Source of the DNA: Eledone cirrhosa
Lineage: Eukaryota
Length of the DNA stretch: 64,000 nucleotides
Assembly: GCA_964016885.1 (NCBI GenBank)
Contig: OZ024744.1
Span: 54,932,001 to 54,996,000 of the forward strand
Direction of reading: 5' to 3'
Position 1 is the first letter of the stretch. The number at the start of each line of letters is the position of its first letter. A program made the translations under genes and the position numbers. Below the pieces are notes generated by a model that searched no databases, was not told the DNA's origin, and saw only the letters and a program-made list of their open reading frames with translations. Of this stretch, positions 49,490 through 63,828 are shown piece after piece.

Positions 49490-52297
49490 TGAACACGATG
49501 AGCCCGTGAGGAGTGTGATGATTGGGAAGTGGAGCTAGCTCATCACCACATCGGCAGTGAGGAACATGACCAATGCTGCAGTGGGCGGAGTGGGTTTTGT
49601 TTTCAGCACAAAAACCAGTCTATTGGTGAGGGAAATAATGCCTGTCTCCCCGCGAGTGTTGAGGGTGAGCTTCAATGGAAACCCAAGACTGACAGTCATC
49701 TCAGCCTATAGTCCAACCGAGGAAGACAGTGGTGTGAGTGCGGAAGAGTTCCATGAGGAGGTGTTTAGAGCTGTCAACACCACACAAGCACACAACATCC
49801 TGCTTGTTTTGGGGAACTTCAATGCACATCTGAGTAAGGAGGGCAGTGAAGATCCTTGCTGGTACTTCTATAACAACACCAACCGAAATGGAAGACTACT
49901 GAGAGACACCCTGCTGGAGGCGAACTTGATAGTGACCAACCTAAGGTTTAGGAAGAATCCGAGGAAGATGTGGACCTACATCTCAGATATGCACCTGTCC
50001 AAGTCCCAGATTGATTTCATTCTGGTGAGGAAAAAGTGGCGGAATAGTGTTCTGAACACAGAACCATACAACTATTTCAGTACACTGGGTAGTGACCACC
50101 AGCTTGTTATGAGTGAGGTCCGGGTGAGCTTAAGAAAGAGCAAGGCTCAGCCCCGGAGAGCAATCTATGACTGGGGAGCTTTCAAGGAAGATGATAAGCT
50201 ACAGGAGAGGTTCACAGTGGAAGTGAGGAACAGGTTCAGTGCTCTGTGTGGAGAGACAGAGGAGAGAGAGATTGGATGGACTGAGGAGAGTGTGACGAGG
50301 AGGTATGGGTACTTCACCAATGCAGTGGCGGAAGCAAGTGAAACCCTGCTGCCGAGGAAAAAGAACAAAAGGAAGCACGTCAGCTCTGCAAACCCAAAAG
50401 TGTGTGCAGCCAGAGAACACCTGAAAGCTGCCAAGGACCAATTCTATGCTGATCCTACGGAGGAGAGGATGGAGACTGTGGAGGTGATGAGGGAAGAACT
50501 CTGTACCGCTTACACTGAGGCCAGAGAGGAGGCACTGATAGAGAAGATCAGACGTGTGGAGAGAGCGGTTGACAGGTCTGGGTGTAAGGAGAGATCGATG
50601 ATCATCAACCAGATCACAGGGAGGAAGAGAAGGTGTTCGAGTCAGATCCAGGGAACGGGGCCCGAGGATAGGAAGAGGAAATGGCTAGACCATTTTAGGA
50701 CCCTACTAGGAGAACTGCCCTCCACAGCCCAGAGCACTGGGGAGATCAGGCGGCTGTTTGAAGAACTGGATATTGAGACAGAGCCCTTCACCAGAGAGGA
50801 GCTTCAGAGAGCCAAGAAGAGGATCAAGGAGGGCAAGGCTCATGGAGAAGATGGAGTGGCATCAGAGGTGATGAAGAGGTGTGATTTTGATGATATCATC
50901 CTGGGGTTCTGTAACCAGGCACTGGAGAAAGGAATTGCGCCGAATCAGTGGAGGATTAGTAACATCGTCCCAGGGCCAAAGAAGGGAGATCTCTCTAACA
51001 CCAACAACTACCGGGGGATCTCACTGACGTCACTTGTGGCAAAGACCCTCAACAGGATGATTCTTAACAGGATCCAGCCTGAGATGGAGAAGAAGCTCAG
51101 GGACAACCAGAACGGCTTCAGAGAGGGAAGATCAACCTCCAGTCACATCCTGATGCCGAGGAGGATATTAGAGGAAGCTAGAGCAAAGTGCCTTCCTGCG
51201 GTAATGGTTTTCATTGACTTTAGGAAGGCCTTTGATTCTGTGGACCGTCACTGCCTGATGAAGATCTTACAGGCTTATGGAATCCCCAAGAAGAGAGTGG
51301 ACCTGATATCACTGCTCTACACCAACACCAAAACCCAAGTCATTAAACCTGATGGGATGACAGAGTTCTTTGAGATACTGGCTGGAGTGCTCCAGGGAGA
51401 TACATTGGCTCGCTACCTTTTTATCATCGTAGTGGACTATTGTATGCGCCTTGCACTGGAGAAACACCAGGTCTCTGGCTTTACTGTAGCACCGGCTCAG
51501 AGCAGGAGAGGTAAGGCGAAAAAGGTATCGGATGCTGAATTTTCAGACGACATAGTTTTGGTGACAAATACAGTAAAGGAGGCAGAGGATTTGATGCAGG
51601 GGTTGAGACTGTGTTGATGAGTGTGGGGCTGAGAATGAATGAGACTAAAACAAAATATCTGGTAGAGAATGTTGAGAAGCCAGAGGGGATCACTAATGTA
51701 GGCGGGAAGCCGCTAGAATTGGTTGAGGACTTCCTGTATTTGGGAGCAAAGATTGGGAATACGGAAGATGATGTGGTTGAGAGGGAGAGCAAAGCCTGGG
51801 CGGCGGGCCACAGCTTGAGATCGGTGTGGGAGGCGGACCTTCGTAAAGACCTGAAAATCCGCCTCTTCATTGCTGTAGTGGAGTCTGTGCTGCTGTCCGG
51901 GTCTGAGACTTGGACACTGACCAAGAAACTCACCCAGATGGTGGATGGGTGCTACACGAGAATGCTGAGGATGGCTCTGAACATTAATCAGTATACACTG
52001 AGGATGAAAAACTCAGAGCTGTATGGGAGCCTCCCAAAAGTCAGCTCAAAAGTGAGACAGAGGAGACTGAGATTAGCTGGACATGCTCACCGACATCCAG
52101 AGTTGACATTGCACTCGGTGTTCCTGTGGGAGCCCCTACATGGACACACTGGAAGAGGAAGACCAAGGTTAACGTATGTTGATGCTCTAAGGACAGACAC
52201 TGGTATGTTGGAGATGCAGGACATGGCAGCGATAATGAGGGACAGAGACCGCTGGAGAGAACTCGTCCATGGATCTCAGGAATTTTACCCGCCCTAG
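49490..52297 (+). mobile_element. RTE-type LINE (APE plus RT), slightly 5'-truncated
   Basis: Single long ORF with one frameshift; ends directly in (TA)n. Confidence 0.88.
49557..52297 (+). pseudogene. APE endonuclease-reverse transcriptase (ORFs 49557-51617 and 51611-52297)
   Basis: GVGF, SAYSPT, GNFNAH, QIDFIL, SDH, YRGISL, QNGFR, FIDFRKAFD, GVLQGD, FSDD, FLYLG, SETW, RLRLAGH. Confidence 0.9.
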
Positions 52298-52387
52298 ATA
52301 TATATATGTATATATATATATGTATATATCTATATGTATATATATATATATATCATTTAAATCTTTGGTCATATATATATCTGTATA

Positions 52388-52724
52388 TCATCATCATCAT
52401 CACCGTTTTACGTCGATTCTTCCACGCTAGCATGGGTTAGATGGGTTGACCTGTTGTGGGCAGTGTCTGGTCGGCTGACCTTGTCTTGCTCATACGGGAA
52501 CTGATTCTGGCTTGATTTCTACAGGTGGATGCCCTTCTTAACACCAACCTTATTTACAGTGAGTGCTGGGTGTTTTTTTTTCCGTGGCACCTCCATGACC
52601 ACTTTACAGTGGGATTGGGTTGGGGCATATTGTCTATATGCTTCGGTTTCCGCTTGTTCCCGTGGGAAGTCGGGTCTTCGGTATTACTACATGACCCCAG
52701 AGGTCACGGTCCTGCGTCGCCGTT
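52388..52724 (-). mobile_element. RTE-tailed short element family C
   Basis: Ends acccatgctagc..ggaagaa...aaaacggtgatgatg; copies at 57907-58285 (+) and 59171-59450 (-). Confidence 0.7.
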
Positions 52725-52750
52725 ATATATATATATATATATACATACAG

Positions 52751-52786
<36 letters not shown>

Positions 52787-52796
52787 GTGTGTATAT

Positions 52797-52895
<99 letters not shown>

Positions 52896-52904
52896 TACAT
52901 ATAT

Positions 52905-54402
52905 AACTCCTATATGCAGATGATCTAACGCTCATAGCTGAATAAATGGCTGAACTAGAGAAGAAATTCCAAACATGGAAGCATGGCCTAGAATCAAAAG
53001 GCGTCAAAGTTAACTTGTCTAAGACTAAAGTTCTTGTTTGTAGGATGGAAAATAGGGCACCGGTCCCATCTGGTAAATGGCCATGCTCAGTGTGTAGGAA
53101 AGAAGTAGGCAGAAACTCCATTTTATGTCCCAAATGCAAAGTATGGGTGCATAAAAGATGTAGTGGGATCACAGGTAAGCTAACTAAGAACATAGATTTT
53201 ATATGTGGCCGGTGCTCTGGTGCAATAAGTAGCAGCAAGTGCCCATATAATACTAGCTCATTCCATTGCACAGATGGTTCTATAGAAATAGTGGACACCT
53301 TCCGTTACCTGGGTAACAAAATCAGCAGTGGGGGAGGGTCCTCTGAAAGTACAGTAGCTAGAGTCAAAACGGGATGGAAAAAGTTCAGAGAGCTTATACC
53401 ACTATTAGCCACTAAAGGGTTCTCTCTAAAAATGAAAGGCAGGCTGTATGATGCCTGCATACGAACAGCAATGTTACATGGCAGTGAGACTTGGGCATTG
53501 TGTGCAGAGGATATACGCAGACTGGAGAGGAACGAAGCTTGCATGCTCCGTTGGATGTGTAATAGTAATATACGTGAACGGCAAAGCATAAACGAACTAA
53601 GGGAGAAATTAGAAATAAGAGGGATCAGATGCTGTTTACTCGAGAGAAGACTACGTTGGTATGGTCACGTGATGTGCATGAAAGACGACAGCTGTATAAA
53701 AAAGTGCAGGGCAATAAAAATAGACGGTAGCCACGGAGTAGGCAGACCCAGAAAAACCTGGGTCGACTTGATAAATTCCGACCTCACACACTTACAACTC
53801 TCCAAGACAATGTCACTGGACCGAGATCTTTGGCGCTACACAGTAATACAGAAGACCCGCCTTGCCTAAGTACAAAGCGAAACCTACAGTCAGTAGCCAT
53901 CTCTAACAAAATACACCCCTGTCCCACTATCCCCACCCAATCCACCCCCACCCCCCTTAAATGTGAAGTTATGTTGGTACCACAACATCCAGTCCGAAAC
54001 AAATGAGGTCGTGTAGGTGTTACGACAAAAACAACACACAGTCCACGCTGTTATGAGGCCGTGTAGGTAACACGGTAAAAACCTCCCAGTCCACACTGTA
54101 AACGTGGTTGGTGTTGGGAAGGGCACCCAGCCGTAGAAAACCCGCCAGACGTGTAGGTGTCACGACAAAAAAACACACAGTCCACGCTGTAATGTGGCCG
54201 TGTAGGTAACACGGTAAAAACCTCCCAATCCACACTGTAAACGTGGTTGGTGAAGGACATCCAGCCGTAGAAAACCCGCCAGACAGTCCTATACGAGCAG
54301 GACAACCACTCTTGCCTCAAGTGGGAAAATTCCCGTCCAAACCCATGCAAGCGTGGAAGATGGACGTTAAACGATGATGATGATGATGATGATGATGATG
54401 AT
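52905..54402 (+). mobile_element. 5'-truncated RTE LINE with (GAT)n tail
   Basis: LLYADDL at 52907, [19 protein letters not shown], 3' UTR ending ggacgttaaacgatgatg. Confidence 0.9.
52946..53869 (+). CDS. RTE RT C-terminal half with inserted PHD-like zinc finger (partial)
   Basis: [27 protein letters not shown] between NLSKTKV and FRYLG. Confidence 0.8.
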   Translation: MAELEKKFQTWKHGLESKGVKVNLSKTKVLVCRMENRAPVPSGKWPCSVCRKEVGRNSILCPKCKVWVHKRCSGITGKLTKNIDFICGRCSGAISSSKCPYNTSSFHCTDGSIEIVDTFRYLGNKISSGGGSSESTVARVKTGWKKFRELIPLLATKGFSLKMKGRLYDACIRTAMLHGSETWALCAEDIRRLERNEACMLRWMCNSNIRERQSINELREKLEIRGIRCCLLERRLRWYGHVMCMKDDSCIKKCRAIKIDGSHGVGRPRKTWVDLINSDLTHLQLSKTMSLDRDLWRYTVIQKTRLA

Positions 54403-55076
54403 ATATATATGTATTATAAATAAACATACATAGATTTATATATCCTCACACATACATACACACACAAGCCCCCCCCCCCTCCCACACACAAATATATATG
54501 CTTATGTTTTCAATATTTTTTATGTGTGTTATTCTTTCTCGAGAATTTGTTTTAACTGTAAAAGCATTACATCCATCGTTTGTTTTTGGATAAAGAATTT
54601 TGGTTTTAACATTGACACTTGATGCTACATTTTATCATTTACCATTTTCTCTGATGACTTTAAATACGGAATTCTGAAAATGTTCTATTTTGTTGTATTA
54701 TCATGTTTTTTTTTCCTGTTATTTTTTGTTGCTTTTTTTTGTTTTGTTTGTTGTTCAATTTTGCAGAGAAGTTTTTGTTGTTGTTTGTTTGTTGGAATAC
54801 TTAACCTCCAATTTCTCAAAAACTTCCCTCTTCTGACATTTCAAAAGCTTATCTAAATAAATATCAATCAATACCAGTTTATATTTACAACTAATTCCTT
54901 TTACGAGCCAAGAGTTAGTTCTTGGCGATTTTGTGGGATAACAAAAAAATATAGATATAAAAGAGATATTAAAAGATTAATTAATAAATACAGACACTCA
55001 GCAAACATGTATACATACACATATATATATATATAGGAAAAAAATCGGGACCGCGGGGGATGAGCTTCAGCCGTTT

Positions 55077-55296
<220 letters not shown>

Positions 55297-55799
55297 TAAA
55301 GGGTTAACAGAACAGGGATATGTGGATCAACATATATAGATATACCAAATGAAAAAGATATATGTATATATAGAGAAAGAACCCCATATATCGTATAAGA
55401 AACACTGTATATTGTATATATACCAAATACATATTCTATAGAAGAATATGTACACAGGTGGAATCATAAGAGAGGCCTTATAGTGCTATTTCATACCTGG
55501 AGAGTGTATTTAACGACTCCAAATCTCTTAATTTGTTGAGCTCAGAAGCTATAATGCCCGCACCTATTTCTAGCGGAGTTAACGTCCGCCTTGATGATAT
55601 TTATTTGCCTTGGGTTTAACGTGATTTCACCATGTGCTTTTCATCATAACGGTTGCGTTAGATGTCTCTATGGATGTTGGCAAGTGTTTTTCTATGGTAA
55701 CACATTTGAAGTCTGTATTGCATCTTATTTTTTAGAGTTTAAGTCAAAGGAGGAAGTGTAGTTGGTGTCATGACTTTTACAAAGATTCCAAGACTTGAG

Positions 55800-57000
55800 T
55801 GTGGAGAAAGATAAGAGAAGATGAAAGAAGAAAAATTTATGGATGGCACCAGTAAGAAGCTGTGTATAAAGATATCAAGTTTTTCTCAGATCAGAAGACC
55901 TGTTTGAACTGCTATGCTACATGGCAGCAAGATGAGTTATAAGTGAGGAGATTTGTGACAGATGGAAAAGAATGAAGCATGCTTGCTCCACTGAATGTGT
56001 ATTGCTAGTGTGTGTGAATTACGAAGCACATGTGAACTGAGAAAAAAGTTAGGTATAAGAGGAATTGGTGTGCAAGAGAAGTTTGCACAAGTATAGTCAT
56101 GTGGTGTATAAAGAGAGCAGGAGTTGCATAAAAAGTGCTGAGCATTTGAAGTAGATGGAACCTGGATGGAAACTGAATAAGTTATAGGACATTAAGAATA
56201 ACTTCAAGTTGTACCTCATGGATATGATACAGGATCAAGTTGACTGGTGGTTTGCTAAGCTGGAAAGACCACTTCAAACACTGCAATACTAAAAGAAAAT
56301 GTGGTGAGAATTCAAAGACAACATGGAGTAGAGAGATCCCTTTTAGCCAGCAGTGGAGAAAATAATCTTTCTTATGGCAGTGTCACAATAGAACACATTT
56401 AGTATCCCTTATAAGTGATGAACAAATAAACCAAGACAATGTTGGGTAGAGGCAACCCTTTGGCCCTGCTAAGGACTTGACAAATTCTTGTGTCAGTGTT
56501 GTGAAAAATTACACCCAGTTCACTGTGTAAAATGGTTGACAATCATATGGGAAACAATATAGAGTAGAGAAAACTCTTCAGTATTATCAAATACATGACA
56601 ATCTCTCTTATGTTGGTTCTGAGATAGAATGTACCTAATACACTCTATAAAGTGGTAATGCTGGTGCCATGGTAAAATGCATCCAGTACACTCTACAAAA
56701 TAGTAGTGCTGATACCATGATAAAATGCACTCATTACATTCTATAAGGTGATTTACATTAGGAAGAACATCAAGCCATAGAATGATACCCAAAAAGTGGA
56801 ACATATGAGCAAGATGTAATCCTTCTAGTCTCGGACTGTGGTGACCCATGCCAGCATGGATAATGAACATGCTATGATGATGTGCGTGATGAACTTTCCA
56901 TATGAGCAAGATGTAATCCTTCTAGTCTCGGACTGTGGTGACCCATGTCAGCATGGATAATGAACATGCTATGATGATGTGCGTGATGAACTTTCCCAGT
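55800..57000 (+). mobile_element. Old degenerate RTE 3' region with a ~97-bp tandem duplication at its tail
   Basis: Residual similarity to the 53370-53860 region; catatgagcaagatg...gaactttcc repeated 56802-56997; acccatgccagcatgga tail. Confidence 0.5.
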
Positions 57001-57247
57001 AAAGTATATAAGTATCCAGTTATTCAATCCACTGAGAAATTCATTGAATTAGCATGCAGAGTGGCTGAGTATTCCACAGACATGTATTTGCTTGATGTAA
57101 ATTCCCTGTTGAATTACAGTCCATCTGATGGGCTTCCACATACTTTCTGCCTGCTCAATTTCATTCACAATTCCTTGGTCAACCCAACACTATGGTAAAA
57201 GAGACATGCCTAAAATGTCAAGCTGTGAGATTGAACGTGAGACTTCA

Positions 57248-57306
<59 letters not shown>

Positions 57307-57744
57307 AAACATAAATTATCGAGATTCGCATTTCGGCCCTCGAAATAACGAAAAACAACCTCCGAGATGTGAGGCAAGTGCTCAATGATTCAGATGAACC
57401 AGAGCTATAACAAACGTTAAAGGCCAAACACACTGAGACGATGGTTAAACAATCATTCGCATAGCCAAAAAAAACGATCAAGCAATTCGGGTATTGAAAA
57501 TTTACCCGAACCCCTGGAAGGTTGGTAAAATCCAGTATATGGGTTTCTGCGGGTCCTAAATGAAGTACCGTCCGCTTACATAAATAATGTCAGGCTTCTG
57601 GTAAGATGATTGAACAAGGAAGCCACTTTCTATATATATATATATTTAACGAACGACTTTCGTCGAATCGGACCGAGGGAACAATGTTTCCGTTGGTCTT
57701 TCCAATTGCTAATACTATCTAGCGGTCGCAACTCCAGGTAGAAG

Positions 57745-57860
57745 GAGCAACGTGAAATAAAGTGTCTTGCTCAAGGACATAACGCATCGCCTGGTCCAGG
57801 AATCGAACTCACAACCTTACGATTGCGAATCCAATATTCTCTAACTACTCAGCCACACGC
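57745..57860 (-). mobile_element. SINE family B head
   Basis: gtgaaataaagtgtcttgctcaagga...ggaatcgaactcacaacct. Confidence 0.75.
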
Positions 57861-57865
57861 CATAT

Positions 57866-57906
<41 letters not shown>

Positions 57907-57910
<4 letters not shown>

Positions 57911-58285
57911 GACCGTGACCTCTGGCGTCACGCAGTAATACAGAGTACCCGACCTCCCATGGGTACAAGCTGAAGCATATAGACAATATGCCCCCCCCCC
58001 CCCCCCCCACTGCAAGGTGGTCGTGGAGGTGCCACGGCAAAAAAGCACCCAGCCCACACTATAAAGTGGACGTGTAGGCGCCACGGAAAAGCACCCAGCA
58101 CTCACTGTAAATGAGGTTGGTGTTAGGAAGGGCATCCAGCTGTAGAAATCAAGCCAAATCAGTTCCTGTATGAGCAAGGCATGGTCAGCCGACCAGACAC
58201 TGCCCACAACAGGATAACCCGTCTAACCCATGCTAGCATGGAAGAACGGACATAAAACGGTGATGATGATGATGATGATGATGAT
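57907..58285 (+). mobile_element. Family C element with (GAT)n tail
   Basis: Reverse complement of 52388-52724. Confidence 0.75.
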
Positions 58286-58302
58286 ATATATATATATACA
58301 CA

Positions 58303-58353
<51 letters not shown>

Positions 58354-58997
58354 GTATATATATATACAATGATATTAAATAAATGGAAACTATATTTATA
58401 AAACCATATTTATTCTATTATATATCAAGGGTGCCAAAACTTTGGTACGCTCTCATCAGACAAAATACAAAGTTTGTTTTATAAATATTGACATATCCAG
58501 GAAGGAGATCTTAACGGTTCAAGTTTTTCCTGGATTATTTAATATCATTGAATATTATACTCCAGAAAATTTGTCGAGTGCTTTGAATCAGTTATAAACA
58601 TTTATACTTGTTGAATTACTAAACAAATTAAATATCCCTTTTGCTTATATATATATTGGAAAATGTGTGAGATCCTTGGTACAGTTAGGTAAATTTGAAA
58701 AAAAGGAAAAGAATGACTTCACTTGTAGTGTTAAAAAATTGTGATTTAATTTTATAATATTATAATATTATAAAATTAAATCAAAATTTTTTAACACTAC
58801 AAGTGAAGTCATTCTTTTCCTTTTTTTCAAATATATATAAATATATATAAATCAGTATATAGAGAGAAGTCCACATAGAAATATGTGTTCAAACATAGGG
58901 GATTTAAAACTGCCAGTCTGAAGAACATATTCAATGGTGAATACAAATCAATTAAAAAAATGTATTAAAGTGTACTAACCATCCAATTATAATATAA

Positions 58998-59078
58998 CAT
59001 CTGGACATGCTCAAATTAGAGTATGTTTCGCTATTTTAAGTGGAGTTTACATATTGTAGTATAGCTCATCGGCGGATG
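58998..59078 (-). ncRNA. Type I hammerhead motif with CCGAUGA core
   Basis: catccg-CCGATGA-gctat...atagc-GAAA-catactc..gagcatg-TC-cagatg. Confidence 0.6.
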
Positions 59079-59170
59079 CCCTTGCAATATCGCCTCCACT
59101 TCTAAAAATCTATTAGATAAGTAAAGAAACGCCCATGGAAAAGAGAAAGCACAATATACATATATATATA

Positions 59171-59620
59171 TCATCATCATCATCATCATCACCGTTTTTA
59201 CGTCCGTTCTTCCATGCTACCATGGGTTAGACGGGTTATCCTGTTCTGGGCAGTAGCCGGTCGGCTGACCATGTCTTGCTCATATGGGAGCTGATTCTGG
59301 CTTGATTTCTACAGCTGGATGCCCTTCCTAACAACAACCTCATTTACAGTGAGTACTGGGTGCTTTTTTCCCGTGGCGGCTACACGTCCACTTTACAGTG
59401 TGGGCTGGGTGCTTTTTTGTAGTGGCACCTCCACGACCACTTTACACTGGAATGATAGGGACTCCAGTCCTATCAACTCATTTCTACAGGTGAGTAAACT
59501 GGAGCAATGTGAAATACAGCGTCTTGCTCAAGGAAACAACACATCACTCGGTCCGAGAATTGAACTCACAACCTATCGATAGCAAGCCCAATGCTCTAAC
59601 CACAAAGTCATGCACCTTCA
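59171..59620 (-). mobile_element. Family C element (59171-59450) adjacent to SINE B head (59470-59620)
   Basis: Similarity to other copies in the window. Confidence 0.7.
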
Positions 59621-59750
<130 letters not shown>

Positions 59751-59798
59751 TATGAAAATAAACCAAAGAAGCCTTCAATACATCAAAAGTCTTTATTA

Positions 59799-59836
59799 GC
59801 CAACAATGTTTCGTCCTATTAAGGACTCATCAGGGC
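59799..59836 (-). ncRNA. Minimal type I hammerhead ribozyme
   Basis: gcc-CTGATGA-GTCC-ttaata-GGAC-GAAA-cattg-tt-ggc followed by AATAAA. Confidence 0.85.
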
Positions 59837-61554
59837 AAGTAAAGCTATAAGAAGCACTATCGGCCAATACAAGCCAAAAACTCAGAAGAATATGGAGTAT
59901 ACATACATTAAAGCATAGGAAAATTATCAAGTAAAAATTATCAAGTAAAAATTATCAAGTAAAAATTGCTAAGGAAGTGAATAACATTTTGAACCATATT
60001 ACAAATATAGTACAGTGCAAAAACTAAAACTAAACACAAGTGGTGATATAAAGCGAGAATTACAGTACTATATATAATATAATATAATATAATATAATTG
60101 CTAATGATAATAATAATAATATTAAAAGGCCCAATATACATATATATATATATACATATGTACACACATATATATATATATCAATACACATATCCATCAA
60201 TACAAACACAAACTAACACTTATTAAGAGTTTAAATATAAATAAAAATAAAAATAAAAATATAATACATATATTATTTACAGTATAAAATGATAAAGAAA
60301 TGAGTAAAAATAAACATATAATATATAATAATATACTATATAATTATATAATTTATAATCTCCGGTCAATTTGCACAAACAATATAAATATTACAATAAC
60401 ACTATAATAACAATATTATAATATATTGGCATATAACTTAACAAATCATATAAAGTTACACACAGGGTGAGAAAAAATATCATACAGAACTAAATTGTGT
60501 TGAAAAAATTGTGCTGGAAAAATATCTATACCGTTGTAAGAAAACAGACGGAGGTCAAGTTTTTATACAATTGGTATAAATAAATATTATCTAAACATTA
60601 CAAAAATTATAAAAATATAAACATATTACAGAATTTACAAAATTTAACATAAGGGTACATCGAATAATCGGTAAATATTTAAGATCTATAGTACGATTAC
60701 ATAGAGTGATATGATATAACAACTTCAATATCAAATAATAAACATAGTATAATATACATAATTACATGGTTGGTAGACAGACATGTGAATAAGTGAATAA
60801 GAACCAGACAGAAACTACGCACGGTAGTAAAAAAAATATAAATAAAATCAACCGGAAATCGAAAAACAAAAACAAATATATTTACTTAGGTGTCACAAGC
60901 AGTTAAGTAAAAAAATTAGGAATCAAACCCGGATAAATGACTAGAAAACCCTATTAAATTAATTATTATTGAAAGTATTTAAAATACATAATAAGTCAAT
61001 ACAAAATTAGCTATGGTTTAAGTAATCAAAATCTCCAATGTTTAAGATATCTCAATAAAAATATCCAGAATAGAATGAAATATTCTACTATCAGTTGAAT
61101 AACGTTATCTAATAAACGGACTTTAAATAGAACTATGGTAGGCCAATGGGGACAGAAAAAAGAATGGTATGGAGGATACGAAGGAGCATAAAATCATAAT
61201 CAATATACTGTATTATACAATAGAAAGGAGCATAAAAGGGAATTGAATATAATTATAGTATAATTGGAGGGGCGAATGACAAGTGTGGGGGGGGGGGGGG
61301 GTTAATTATCTAAATGAGAATCCAAATAAAATAAAATAAAATAATATAAAATAAAATAAAATAAAGTATATAATCAGATATAAACTCATAAGGTGTTAAT
61401 AGTGAAAATAGAATATTTAAGAAGATAGATATGGTATGGTAGCCAAAAGACTATGAAAGCTAGATCGAAAAGCTGTTAAAAACCAATAATAATAATGATA
61501 ATGATGGTGGTAAACAAAATGAACCTAAACAAAAAAGATAAGGGAATATAGCAG

Positions 61555-62665
61555 CTAATGGATACAATTTGCACTACCAGAACTTTTAGGTTTATAATAA
61601 AAGTAAGAATTAGAAATGGCGTGGGGGCAGGAAGAGAATATCTCAGACTTTCTATTAAGTAAGAGTTCCCTAGAGAAAATTATAGAGTGGGTCTCAAGGA
61701 TACAGAGATTACAGAATTTAGTGTGTGTTGATAGGTTATTAGAGCGTGCTACTATTCGCCAATTAAGGCTATATGGTATATTAGCCCCCTTAAGATCCCA
61801 GATATGGTGTGCTAAAGAAGTAGAATTCTTAAACTTAACATGTTTAAAATTAGAGATATGAGAATTAAACCTAGTCTTAAAAGTGTTAGATGTTGAGCCT
61901 ATATATGTGCTATTAGAGGAATTAGTTTTAACCACACAAGCATAAACAATGTTCCTAGAGAGGCAGTTACCGTTTAAAGGGCAGTTAACACTCACTCTAC
62001 AGTTACACTTCCGGGTGCTATTGATCGGCTGAAGTAGTGATGCATCACTCATAGGGTCACTATGAGATAAGGTCTGCTCAGGTGGTAAGGCATTTATGGA
62101 TCTATCCAGACTAGTAGTACGCAGAGAGGAGTAGCCGTCCCTAATTTTCCTATTGTTAGTGCTAGCAAAATGAGAACTAATATTAGGGGTGGTAGAGAAT
62201 GAAAGTTCAATTACATTTTTATTAAAAATACCATGGTATTTATTAGTAGGAGGGAAATTTTTCTCTAAGATAGAAAAGAAAGACCTAGGGATGTTAGTTA
62301 ATACTTCCTGATTATATGGCGGGTTAAAATAAGTATTTAGTCTCCTTCTATTTCTATCCTTACCAACTCTACCGTTATCTAATATCCCATTATTAAGATC
62401 TGGGTTACTACGAGGACTAGTTAAAATCATATTATTAGAATCAGCCGAAACCCCATTGAGTCTCTTTCTGTTTCTACCTTTAGTACATCTACTGCTATCT
62501 GGAAACATATCAAAAGGATTAGGGCTAATAATAGGATCAGTAGAAACAACACTATTAGAATTAGATTTAGCAAGAGCATTACCACTGAGTGAGCGCTCAG
62601 AGCGCCCAACTTGATCCCTAGAACTATTAGATTCCCTATTACGAATCTGGTGGCTTAACTTATGA
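61555..62665 (-). CDS. Penelope-like C-terminal region with GIY-YIG endonuclease (partial)
   Basis: YFNPPY..TNI..F..KNFP..IFNKN, CNCRVSVNCPLNGNC, IVYACVV..YIGST..FKTRFNSH, SLAHHIW, CNLCILE, LLNRKSE..CPH. Confidence 0.88.
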
Positions 62666-63739
62666 ATTTGCATGGGTTTGGACGGGAGTTTTCCCACTTG
62701 AGGCAAGAGTGGTTGTCTTGCTCGCATAAAACTGTCTGGCGGGTTTTCTACGGCTGGATGCCCTTCCTAACACCAACCACGTTTACAGTGTGGACTAGGA
62801 GGTTTTTACCGTGTTACCTACACGGCCACATTACAGCGTGGACTGTGTGTTGTTTTTTTGTCGTGACACCTACACGACCTCATTTGTTTCGGACTGGATG
62901 TTGTGGTACCAACATAACTTTACATTGAAAGGAGTGGTGTGGATGGGGTGGGGGTAGTGGAACGGGGGTGTATTTTTGTTAGAGGTGCCTACTGACTGTA
63001 GTAGGTTTCACTTTGTACTTAGGTAAGGCGGGTCGTCTGTATTACTGTGTAGTGCCAAAGATCTCGGTCCAGTGACATTGTCTTGGAGAGGTGTAAGTGT
63101 GTGAGGTCGGAATTTATCAAGTCGTCCCAGGTTTTTCTGTGTCTGCCTACTCCGTGGCTACCGTCTATTTTTATTGCCCTGCACTTTTTTATACAGCTGT
63201 CGTCTTTCATGCGCATCACGTGACCATGCCATCGTAGTCTTCTCTCGAGTAAACAACATCTGATCCCTCTTATTTCTAATTTTTCCCTTAGTTCGTTTAT
63301 GCTTTGCCGTTCACGTATATTACTATTACACATCCAGCGGAGCATGCAAGCTTCGTTCCTCTCCAGTCTGCGTATATCCTCTGTACACAATGCCCAGGTC
63401 TCACTGCCATGTAACATTGCTGTTCGTATGCAGGCATCACACAGCCTGCCTTTCCTCTTTAGAGAGAACCCTTTAGCGGCTAATAGTGGTATAAGCTCTC
63501 TGAACTTTTTCCATCCAGTTCTGACTCTAGCTACAGTACTTTCAGAGGACCCTCCCCCACTGCTGATTTTGTCACCCAGGTAACGGAAGGTGTCCACTAT
63601 TTCTATAGAACCATCTGTGCAATGGAATGAGCACATTCTGTGGGCACTTGCTGCTACTTATTGCACCAGAGCACCGGCCACATATAAAATCTATATTCTT
63701 AGTTAGCTTACCTGTGATCCCACTACATCTTTTATGCAC

Positions 63740-63742
<3 letters not shown>
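62666..63742 (-). mobile_element. 5'-truncated RTE LINE, same family as 52905-54402
   Basis: ORF 63019-63636 nearly identical to ORF 52946-53869; 3' UTR matches; terminal tail missing. Confidence 0.9.
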
Positions 63743-63813
<71 letters not shown>

Positions 63814-63828
63814 AATAAATAAATATAT

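Noticed and set aside
62666-62727. N-terminus of ORF 61555-62727 as a true start
   Set aside because: The first ~20 codons derive from the adjacent RTE 3' UTR; the PLE is truncated here
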